Assembly: GCA_045645175.1 (NCBI GenBank)
Contig: JAZRIH010000230.1
Coordinates: 1-34,891 of the forward strand
Source: Eubacteriales bacterium
GTDB taxonomy: Bacteria; Bacillota; Clostridia; Oscillospirales; CAG-272
Length of the DNA: 34,891 bases
Direction: 5' to 3'
Position 1 is the stretch's first letter; each line of letters starts with the position of its first letter. Shown piece by piece: positions 24,147-32,040 of the stretch. The notes under the pieces are model-generated. The model searched no databases. It was not told the DNA's origin and was given only the letters and a program-made list of their open reading frames with translations. A program made the translations under genes and the position numbers.

Positions 24147-25817
24147 TTATGCATTTACAGTTTCATTGGTCTTTGCCAGAGATGCCGCTTTCATCAGCGC
24201 TACATCGATGTGGGAGCAGAAGAATTCCTCGCCCACTTCCTTGATGATGCCTGCCTTCTGCATCGCCTTCTTAGGCTGCGCATTGGCATGGGACACGATG
24301 AGCTGTACGTTGCGTGCCTTGCAGGACTCTACCAAGTTCTCCAGATGATGGAGCGCAGTTGCATCCATGAAGCCAACTCGGCTCATACGAAGCACCAGAC
24401 AGTTCTTGTCGCCAGAAGCATTTACCTTCAAGAGCTGATCAGCCGCACCGAAGAAGAGGGGACCGGTAACCTCAAATACCAGCGCATTGGAGGGCACGCG
24501 CAGCAGATTGTCGCTGTCATTTTCTTTGTCAGACCAACCCTCAACCTGCGTAACCTCGCTCATGCGCTTCATCAGCAGGATTGCGGACAGCAGAATGCCA
24601 ACAGCAATGGCAACTACCAGGTCAAAGATTACGGTAAGGAGGAAGGTGAGCACCAGCACCAGAATATCGCTCTTGGGTGCGGTCTTGCAGAGGCGGACGA
24701 AGGTACGCCATCCGCTCATGTTATAAGCAACCATGAAGAGGATTGCCGCGATGGTAGGCATGGGGATCAGCGCCGCATAGGGCATCAGCACCAGCAGGAC
24801 CAGTAGAAGCACAACTGCGTGTACCATACCTGCGATGGGAGTACGGCCACCGTTCTTGATGTTTGCAGCAGTACGAGCGATTGCGCCGGGTGCGGGGATA
24901 CCGCCGAAGAGCGCGGAGGTGATATTACCTGCACCCTGTGCAACCAGTTCCATATTGGAACGGTGACGGCTGCCGATCATACCGTCGGCAACTACGCAGG
25001 ACAGGAGAGATTCAATTGCCGCAAGGATGGCAATGGTGAAGGCGTCAGGAAGAACCTTTTGCGCCAGCGCCAGAGTTTCGCCGTTGAACTTGGGCAGAGT
25101 AAGCTTGGGGAAACCGCCGCTAATGGTGTAGAGATCGCCGATGGTATTCACCTTCATGGACAGACCCATGACCATAGCGATACCTACCAGTACAGCGACG
25201 AGGGATGCGGGGATCTTCTTGAAGAAGCCGGGAAGCATAGGCCAAAGGATCAGCACCAGGAGAGATACCGCGCCTACTACCAGCGCCTGCCAGTTGAAGG
25301 TGTTAATATTCTCTACTACGCCCATGAGCTTTTCAGTGGTTTCGATGAGAGGATGCTCGCTGACAATGGTCAGACCCAGGAAATCCTTGATCTGTCCCAC
25401 CACGATGGTTACAGCGATACCTGCGGTAAAACCAATGGTAATGGTATAGGGGATAAACTTGATCAGACTGCCCAGACGGAACACACCCATGAGAAGGAGG
25501 AGTACACCCGCCATAAGAGTAGCGATCATCAGACCTTCAATTCCGTTTACGGCAACCACACCGGCTACGATGGTAGCAAATGCGGCGGTAGGACCGGAGA
25601 TCTGTACACGGCTACCACCCAGGAAGGAGATCACAAAACCTGCAAAAATTGCGGTATAGATACCCATTTCAGGGGTTACGCCCGATGCAAGAGCAAGAGC
25701 AATGGAAAGAGGGAGCGCGATAATGGCAACGATGATGCCGGCAACTACGTCCTTACCAAACTGGGCGAAGGTATAGTTTTTCAGCACCGAAAAGAGCTTC
25801 GGTTTAAGCTTGTCCAT
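24147..25817 (-). CDS. SulP-family inorganic anion transporter with a C-terminal STAS domain
   Basis: 556-aa ORF with N-terminal FGKDVVAGIIVAIIALPLSIALALASGV typical of SulP, multiple TM segments and a soluble STAS-like tail. Confidence 0.85.
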   Translation of the reverse strand: MDKLKPKLFSVLKNYTFAQFGKDVVAGIIVAIIALPLSIALALASGVTPEMGIYTAIFAGFVISFLGGSRVQISGPTAAFATIVAGVVAVNGIEGLMIATLMAGVLLLLMGVFRLGSLIKFIPYTITIGFTAGIAVTIVVGQIKDFLGLTIVSEHPLIETTEKLMGVVENINTFNWQALVVGAVSLLVLILWPMLPGFFKKIPASLVAVLVGIAMVMGLSMKVNTIGDLYTISGGFPKLTLPKFNGETLALAQKVLPDAFTIAILAAIESLLSCVVADGMIGSRHRSNMELVAQGAGNITSALFGGIPAPGAIARTAANIKNGGRTPIAGMVHAVVLLLVLLVLMPYAALIPMPTIAAILFMVAYNMSGWRTFVRLCKTAPKSDILVLVLTFLLTVIFDLVVAIAVGILLSAILLMKRMSEVTQVEGWSDKENDSDNLLRVPSNALVFEVTGPLFFGAADQLLKVNASGDKNCLVLRMSRVGFMDATALHHLENLVESCKARNVQLIVSHANAQPKKAMQKAGIIKEVGEEFFCSHIDVALMKAASLAKTNETVNA

Positions 25818-25868
25818 GATTTACCTCACAATGCTTGTCAAATGATGACATAATTTCACACGATGATA

Positions 25869-25897
25869 ATTATACCGCCGCCGATGATGTTTGTCAA
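25869..25897 (-). promoter_or_regulatory. sigma-A type promoter for the SulP gene
   Basis: On the minus strand: TTGACA, a 17-nt spacer, then TATAAT. Confidence 0.6.
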
Positions 25898-25964
25898 TGG
25901 AAAAAGCAGAGATTTTAACGGTGCTTTTCGATGCCTTTTTTGGTACAGATGCGGAGAAATCCCA

Positions 25965-26360
25965 TTATATTGCGTAAAACGCTACGATCAGTGCAACAGC
26001 AACAACCAAAAACGCCAATCCTGTGACGCAAATGAAGGAATAGCCGCGGATACGATGCTCGGCTCGGCGCAGTTTGTAATCGTAATACTTCTCGTCCGCT
26101 ATGTTCAAAAACGGGAACAACATCCGCGCGGTCTGCCTCCCCGCGTAGCTGATGCCGTCGAAGAAGCCGTCGGATGCTACCCAAATCAACACAGAAAGCA
26201 TCACAAACAGCACCCCCGAAACGGTAAATGCATCTGCCAAAGCCCTCAGCCGATGGGAGAGATTCTCCATCGATCCAAAGTTTTGGATCCACAGGACCAG
26301 CAATGCTATTCCCCCTGCGACTGAGATTGCAGATAGATACTTCCAAAACAGCTTTTTCAA
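25965..26360 (-). CDS. small membrane protein, DUF3899-like
   Basis: 131-aa ORF with 3-4 predicted TM helices. The only possible start is TTG at 26360, which overlaps the TGA of the upstream ATPase gene (TTGA). The family name comes from recalled resemblance. Confidence 0.6.
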   Translation of the reverse strand: MKKLFWKYLSAISVAGGIALLVLWIQNFGSMENLSHRLRALADAFTVSGVLFVMLSVLIWVASDGFFDGISYAGRQTARMLFPFLNIADEKYYDYKLRRAEHRIRGYSFICVTGLAFLVVAVALIVAFYAI

Positions 26361-27589
26361 AATCCAAGCTCCCTCTTATAGGTCTGCTCCTCCGCATCGT
26401 TGCAGTAAACAAAGTGCCCCGCGGTTATTTCACGCAAGGTGGGCGTGTCTGCAGAATAGTCGTGTTGGCTCTTATCATAAGGGATGCGTTTTCTCTGCTT
26501 CTCGTAATGAGGATCGGGGCTGGGGATAGCAGACAAGAGGGACTTAGTATACGGATGGAGGGGATGGGCAAACAGCTCATCAGAGGAAGCCAGCTCCACC
26601 ATCTTACCAAAATACATAACACCGATTCGATCAGAGAAATACTTCACCACCGACAGGTCATGGGCAATAAAGAGAATGGTCAAACCGAACTTCTCTCTCA
26701 GCTCGTTGAGCAGATTGATGACCTGTGCCTGAATGGATACGTCCAATGCCGAAATGGGCTCGTCGGCAATGATCAGATCGGGTTGCATGATCACCGAGCG
26801 GGCGATACCGATTCTCTGTCGCTGACCGCCGGAAAACTCGTGAGGATAACGACCTGCGTGCTCACGAACAAGACCTACGGTTTCGAGGATCTCATACACT
26901 TTTTCATCAATATATTCCTTATCCTTGATTCCGTTGATCACCAGCCCCTCGGAGATGATCTCCCGCACGGTCATACGGGGATTCAGCGATGCGATGGGAT
27001 CCTGGAAGATCATCTGAATCTTGGTGATCAGCTTGGTCTTTTCTGCGACTCTGCGCTCCTTGCGATATTCTTTGGTCAGTGCCACTTTTTCCTCGGGAGT
27101 CTTTGCGCCCTCAATGAGAGGCAGGTACTTTTCGTCAACCTTTTTCACCAGCTTACGGGCATATTCCTTATCGGAATACTTATGGTCAAAACGTGCCACC
27201 TTGATGGCATTGCGATTTTCCTCGATCGTTGCATTGAGATCAGCCTTCAACTGAGTGATCTTTTCTTCCCTGTCCGGCGTCCCCCGCAATTCCTTGATCT
27301 TTTGTGCGGTTTCCTTGCGTGCGTTTTGGATGGCTTCGTAGTAACTGCGGGTACCTGCGCATATCCGCTGTCCTTTGAAGTAAATGCTCCCCGAAGTAAT
27401 GTCATAAATGCGAATGATAGAGCGTCCGATGGTAGTCTTACCGCACCCCGATTCGCCTACCAAGCCAAACACTTCGCCCTTCTTTACATCAAAGCTCACA
27501 TCATCAACGGCTTTGTTTTCATAGCCGTTTTTACTGCGGAAATACTGGCAAAGCCCTTCTACCCGAAGCAGAACTTCATTATTTTCCAT
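26357..27589 (-). CDS. Opp/Dpp-type ABC transporter ATP-binding subunit (OppF-like) with a ~100-aa insertion
   Basis: Walker A GESGCGKTT, Q-loop IQMIFQDP, signature FSGGQRQR, Walker B LIIADEP and an oligopeptide-type C-terminal extension. I set the start at ATG 27589 (MENNEVLL), 5 nt after the OppD-like stop. Confidence 0.85.
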   Translation of the reverse strand: MENNEVLLRVEGLCQYFRSKNGYENKAVDDVSFDVKKGEVFGLVGESGCGKTTIGRSIIRIYDITSGSIYFKGQRICAGTRSYYEAIQNARKETAQKIKELRGTPDREEKITQLKADLNATIEENRNAIKVARFDHKYSDKEYARKLVKKVDEKYLPLIEGAKTPEEKVALTKEYRKERRVAEKTKLITKIQMIFQDPIASLNPRMTVREIISEGLVINGIKDKEYIDEKVYEILETVGLVREHAGRYPHEFSGGQRQRIGIARSVIMQPDLIIADEPISALDVSIQAQVINLLNELREKFGLTILFIAHDLSVVKYFSDRIGVMYFGKMVELASSDELFAHPLHPYTKSLLSAIPSPDPHYEKQRKRIPYDKSQHDYSADTPTLREITAGHFVYCNDAEEQTYKRELGF

Positions 27590-27593
27590 AGAA

Positions 27594-29342
27594 TTACTCA
27601 CCATCTGCACTAATTTGCTTCTTCATTCTCGCAATACGCTCGGAAATGATCTTAGGAAGCTCCACTTTGGGTGCATCGGGATGGAGCAGCCAGGTTGCCG
27701 CCCAATGAGTGGGGGACACTTCAAAGGCAGGGGGCTGCATCTCAAAGTCGATCTTCAAAGCATATTTATTTCGTGCGGCAAACGCATCGCCCACAGGAGG
27801 ATAGATCATGTTAGGAGGCGTACCGGGGATGGATACCAGCTTTTCGTCGGTATCCAAATCGGGCATGGAGGAAAGGAGCGCCCAAGTATAGGGATGACGA
27901 GGATCATAGAAAAGATCGTCCGCACTGCCATATTCCACGATTTTACCTGCGTACATCACCGCGATATCGTCTGCCATATTGGCAACCACACCAAGATCAT
28001 GGGTAATAAAGATTACCGAAAGATTTCTTTCTTTTTTCAGATGATTGATCAGTTCAAGAATCTGCGCCTGAATAGTCACGTCCAAAGCGGTAGTCGGCTC
28101 GTCACAGATAAGAATATCGGGATTTGCCGCCAACGCAATGGCAATCACGATTCGCTGACGCATACCGCCCGAAAATTCGAAGGGATATTGATAGAACCGC
28201 GCTTCGGGATCGGGGATACCTACCTCGATCATCAACTGAATAGCGCGTTCCTTTGCCATAGATTTCGTCAGCACAAAATGCACCTGCTCAGCCTTTTGGG
28301 TGAAATAGTCCTCCAAAGCAAGGAATCTTTCTTCAAACTCCATAATCCGCTCAGCATTCACGTCTACCTCAAATTGATCGATCAGGCGGTCAATAACACG
28401 GACGATATTTTTCGCCAGATCAGACAGATCGGCTACGTTCTTGGGAACAACTTGCCAATCCACGTGGTTTCCTTTTGCGATAAGTCTTTCCCGTTTAGCA
28501 AACTGCTTGGCATATCTTGCTTCTTCCTTGGGATTGTCCTTGATCGCCGCAAAGTAGCGCGCGATGGCAGATTGCATTGCAGAATGGAAGGTATAGGCAA
28601 TGCTGTCCTTGACGGGAAGCAGACGGTCAATGGCGGCCTCTACTGCTGTACTGAGTTCCTTTTCCATGTCATTGGCTTCTTTAGTGGTAAAGTCAGCTCC
28701 TGCAAAGACTTCTCTGCCCTTTTTCAACGCCTCCAAAGCATCCTTCTTCCGAGCCAGGGACTGCTCATAGGAGTGGCGGACAGCAGCAATTGCTCTTTCT
28801 TTGAACCGACGATCAAACTCAGCGTCCAAATCCATGGTAAGATCCTTAACCCGCTTGGCGTAAGCGAGCATAAGTTCATTGATCTCCTTCGCACCGTCGG
28901 GATCTACCGCCAGCATATTCTCTTTCAGCAGATGAAGCATCGTCATGAACTCCACCTTGCCGGTCTTGCGTGCCGCCTTATTCTTCAGGAGCATCGCTTC
29001 GGTAATCTGCTTACCGATCTTTACAATGGGATTCAGCGAGGACAGAGGATCCTGAAAGATCATGGAAATCTTATCCCCTCTGATCTTGTGCATAGATTCT
29101 TCGTCGATCTTTACCAGATCCTGACCGTCATACAGAATCTCGCCGCCCTCCACAATGGAGTTGCCTGCCAAAATCCCCAAAATCGCCTTGGAGGTAACCG
29201 ATTTTCCCGATCCCGATTCCCCTACAATGGCCAAGGTCTTGCCCCGCTCCAGATGGAAGGAGATATCGCGGACAGCCTTCACTCTACCGCTATTGGTACG
29301 GAAGGAGATTTTCAGGTCTTTTACTTCCAAAATATTATCCAT
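27594..29342 (-). CDS. Opp/Dpp-type ABC transporter ATP-binding subunit (OppD-like) with a ~235-aa insertion
   Basis: Walker A GESGSGKS, Q-loop ISMIFQDP, signature FSGGMRQR and Walker B ILICDEP. I set the start at ATG 29342 (MDNILEV) because GGAGGAG lies upstream. Confidence 0.85.
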   Translation of the reverse strand: MDNILEVKDLKISFRTNSGRVKAVRDISFHLERGKTLAIVGESGSGKSVTSKAILGILAGNSIVEGGEILYDGQDLVKIDEESMHKIRGDKISMIFQDPLSSLNPIVKIGKQITEAMLLKNKAARKTGKVEFMTMLHLLKENMLAVDPDGAKEINELMLAYAKRVKDLTMDLDAEFDRRFKERAIAAVRHSYEQSLARKKDALEALKKGREVFAGADFTTKEANDMEKELSTAVEAAIDRLLPVKDSIAYTFHSAMQSAIARYFAAIKDNPKEEARYAKQFAKRERLIAKGNHVDWQVVPKNVADLSDLAKNIVRVIDRLIDQFEVDVNAERIMEFEERFLALEDYFTQKAEQVHFVLTKSMAKERAIQLMIEVGIPDPEARFYQYPFEFSGGMRQRIVIAIALAANPDILICDEPTTALDVTIQAQILELINHLKKERNLSVIFITHDLGVVANMADDIAVMYAGKIVEYGSADDLFYDPRHPYTWALLSSMPDLDTDEKLVSIPGTPPNMIYPPVGDAFAARNKYALKIDFEMQPPAFEVSPTHWAATWLLHPDAPKVELPKIISERIARMKKQISADGE

Positions 29343-29346
29343 ACGT

Positions 29347-30948
29347 TTACTCCTCCACACCGCGCAAAGACGGGTTGAATGCGTCCCGCAAGCCGTTACC
29401 GAACAGATTGAAACAGATCATCAGCAAAGAGATAACCACCGCGGGAACGATCATCAAATGGGGATAATCAGTCCAGATGGAGCTGGCATCTGACAGCAGC
29501 GTACCCAATGAGGTAGATTCTGCGCCGCCCAGATTGACGATTCCCAGATAGCTGAGCATACTTTCGTTAAACACAACGCTGGGAATAACCAGTGCCACAG
29601 AAGTGATCAGCGTACCCAGAGTGTTGGGAAAGATGTGCTTCCAAATAATGCGGCGATCGCGTGCGCCAAGGGTTCTTGCCGCCATAACGTATTCTTGATT
29701 CTTGAATCGGTAGAACTGCATACGCATTCGAGAAGCCGTACCAATCCAACCGGTGACCACAAAGGCGAACAGCATACTGGGAATCGGACCCACCTTTTGA
29801 GCCAAATGGATTTGGAAGAGCGTCGCCACTACGATAAAGGGAACGCCTGCCAAAATATCCGATAGCCGCTCCATCACAAGGTCGGTAAGTCCCCCATAGT
29901 ATCCCTCGATGGCACCGTAGATCCCCCCCAGGAAAAAGTTGATCAACGATACAAATACCGCAACCAACAAACTCAATCGAATTCCCTTCGCCAAACGCAA
30001 TGCCATATCGTAGCCCTGCGAGTCGGTTCCCAAGAGAAAATTCGGCGTCCGATGATTCTGATACTGATAATAATTATAGTAGAGGACTCGCACCAAACGG
30101 GCTGAGGTTTCGCTATTACCGCCACCGATGGGTCTGCTGTACAGAACATTCCCTTCAGAATCTCGCAGATAGTTGTCCTGAAGCGGTATCTGATTGCTGA
30201 TCTCCAGCAGAGTGACCGTTCCGGTTGTCGGATCAACCCTGACAGGATTTCCCCGACGATCGGTTTTGTACCAATAGTTCGCCTCATCTTGCTCGGGGGC
30301 ATTTTCAAAGAAATAGGGATTGTCCTCGCTGTCATCAATGAGCGGATACAGCACCGAAACACCATTTTCCGACTCCCATTTCTCGATATCGGCAAGCTCT
30401 TCCTGGGAAATCTGAATATTCAAAAAACCAACCGCCAAATATTCATCCACGCGTGCCTTGTAGGTCCATACATTTTCGCCGTTTGGCTTCACCGAATGCG
30501 CATAGCCCAAGCTCCCGAGCACCGGCTGATATGCAGAAGTCATTCCTTCTCGAAAGGAAACCTTGCCGCTGCCGTCCGAATCCTCCGCCGCCATCCCAAG
30601 CGCCAGCAGTTTGATATACGCCCGATCGTTATAGCTCATATCCCGTCCGCCGTCAACAAGCCCCATATTGGCAAGCCAGGTCACACGGGGGCCTTTTCGC
30701 TTGTAATAGGTGTCCATCTGCGGGGAAATCCCCCAAAACGGCACTACGATTGCATAGAGAATAATCAGCAGAATGATTACCGCCGCAACAATGGACGCCT
30801 TGTTCTTGCGAAAACGGTTCCACGCATCTTTGAAATATCCGATGGGTTTATCCTCTAACTTCTGATCGTCCATACGATCACTCCTATCGGCAAATTCAAA
30901 CTTCTCCTTGGGAATCTCAGGAAGCAATCGCCTATTCTGTTTCATCAT
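29347..30948 (-). CDS. Opp/Dpp-type ABC permease (OppC-like) with a ~225-aa extracytoplasmic insertion after TM1
   Basis: The C-terminal half has the BPD-transporter core (LLGTDSQGYDMALRL..., EAA-like region AARTLGARDRRIIWKHIFPN). The ATG overlaps the upstream stop (TAATG). Confidence 0.8.
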   Translation of the reverse strand: MMKQNRRLLPEIPKEKFEFADRSDRMDDQKLEDKPIGYFKDAWNRFRKNKASIVAAVIILLIILYAIVVPFWGISPQMDTYYKRKGPRVTWLANMGLVDGGRDMSYNDRAYIKLLALGMAAEDSDGSGKVSFREGMTSAYQPVLGSLGYAHSVKPNGENVWTYKARVDEYLAVGFLNIQISQEELADIEKWESENGVSVLYPLIDDSEDNPYFFENAPEQDEANYWYKTDRRGNPVRVDPTTGTVTLLEISNQIPLQDNYLRDSEGNVLYSRPIGGGNSETSARLVRVLYYNYYQYQNHRTPNFLLGTDSQGYDMALRLAKGIRLSLLVAVFVSLINFFLGGIYGAIEGYYGGLTDLVMERLSDILAGVPFIVVATLFQIHLAQKVGPIPSMLFAFVVTGWIGTASRMRMQFYRFKNQEYVMAARTLGARDRRIIWKHIFPNTLGTLITSVALVIPSVVFNESMLSYLGIVNLGGAESTSLGTLLSDASSIWTDYPHLMIVPAVVISLLMICFNLFGNGLRDAFNPSLRGVEE

Positions 30949-31907
30949 TATTTCTCTCCCATTCTGATTCTTGGGTCAATGAATCCATAACTAATATCGA
31001 TTACGATCCCTGATAACAAACCGATGGCGGTATAGAAAATGGTGTCCAGCATGAAGAGGTCATAGTCCAACAGCTGGATGGAGCGAATATACAACTGACC
31101 AACGCCAGGGATAGAAAAGATGTTCTCGATAATCATAGAACCGCCTAAAATTCCAACCAGACCGGACAAAATCATGGGCAGGATGGGTACCATGGCATTC
31201 TTCATGGCATGGCGAACCGTTGCCTGCGCACGTGTCAGACCCTTGGTTCTTGCAAGCAGCATATAGTCGGAGGTCAGCGTTTCGGTCAATTCCGCACGGG
31301 TAAACCGGCAAAGACCTGCAATGGTACCAAAAGACAACGCCAGTACTGCAGGGATCATACTTCTAAACATAGCCCACGAAAACCAACTGCCGCCGGCATC
31401 TGCCAAAGAAAGCAGAGTCAACGGGAACAAACCCAGCCGAAAAGACAGGATATATTGGGCTAAAAAAGCATATACATAACTGGGGACTGATACGAATAAA
31501 ATCACGATCACGCTAATAAGATGATCCTGCCATTTATTCTTTTGAATTGCCGCCCAAACCCCAAAGAGCAATCCAAGGGGAATGGACAACACAAAAGAAT
31601 ACAGGTTCACCAGTACCGTAGGGAGCAGGCGGGTTGCGATTACCTTGGTGGCTTCCACATTCGGCGCCACATACCAGGAGTGACCGAAATCAAAGCGAGT
31701 AAAGATGTTTTTTAAATAGATACCAAACTGCACCAGTAGCGGTTTATCATAGCCCAGTGCTTCCCAACGCGCCTTGATCATCTCCCGAAGATTCTTATCC
31801 TGCGGAAGTTCCTTTGGCAGCATTCTGATGAGCATAAAGCAGATCGTGGTAATCACAAATAGCACTACGATCATCAAAAGCACCCGTTTAATTACGTATT
31901 TTGTCAT
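30948..31907 (-). CDS. Opp/Dpp-type ABC permease (OppB-like)
   Basis: Typical OppB N-terminus YVIKRVLLMIVVLFVITTICF and EAA region DYMLLARTKGLTRAQATVRHAMKNA. I set the start at ATG 31907 because AAGGAG lies 7 nt upstream; the first ATG is only 1 nt from the SD. Confidence 0.85.
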   Translation of the reverse strand: MTKYVIKRVLLMIVVLFVITTICFMLIRMLPKELPQDKNLREMIKARWEALGYDKPLLVQFGIYLKNIFTRFDFGHSWYVAPNVEATKVIATRLLPTVLVNLYSFVLSIPLGLLFGVWAAIQKNKWQDHLISVIVILFVSVPSYVYAFLAQYILSFRLGLFPLTLLSLADAGGSWFSWAMFRSMIPAVLALSFGTIAGLCRFTRAELTETLTSDYMLLARTKGLTRAQATVRHAMKNAMVPILPMILSGLVGILGGSMIIENIFSIPGVGQLYIRSIQLLDYDLFMLDTIFYTAIGLLSGIVIDISYGFIDPRIRMGEK

Positions 31908-31962
31908 GAGCATTCTCCTTTTTATAGTTTCCCTGCCTTCCCCCTTCTTGGGAGGTTAGGAC

Positions 31963-31989
31963 AAAAGAGGAGGCATAGCCTCCCCTTTT
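31963..31989 (-). terminator. intra-operon hairpin (partial terminator or mRNA stabiliser) between the binding-protein and permease genes
   Basis: On the minus strand, AAAAGGGGAGGC-tat-GCCTCCTCTTTT is a 12-bp stem with one G.U pair, followed by a T-run. Confidence 0.55.
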
Positions 31990-32040
31990 CGCTTGGGATC
32001 CGGATCAGCGCCACTTAAACCGCCCGGCAGATCGGTTGGC

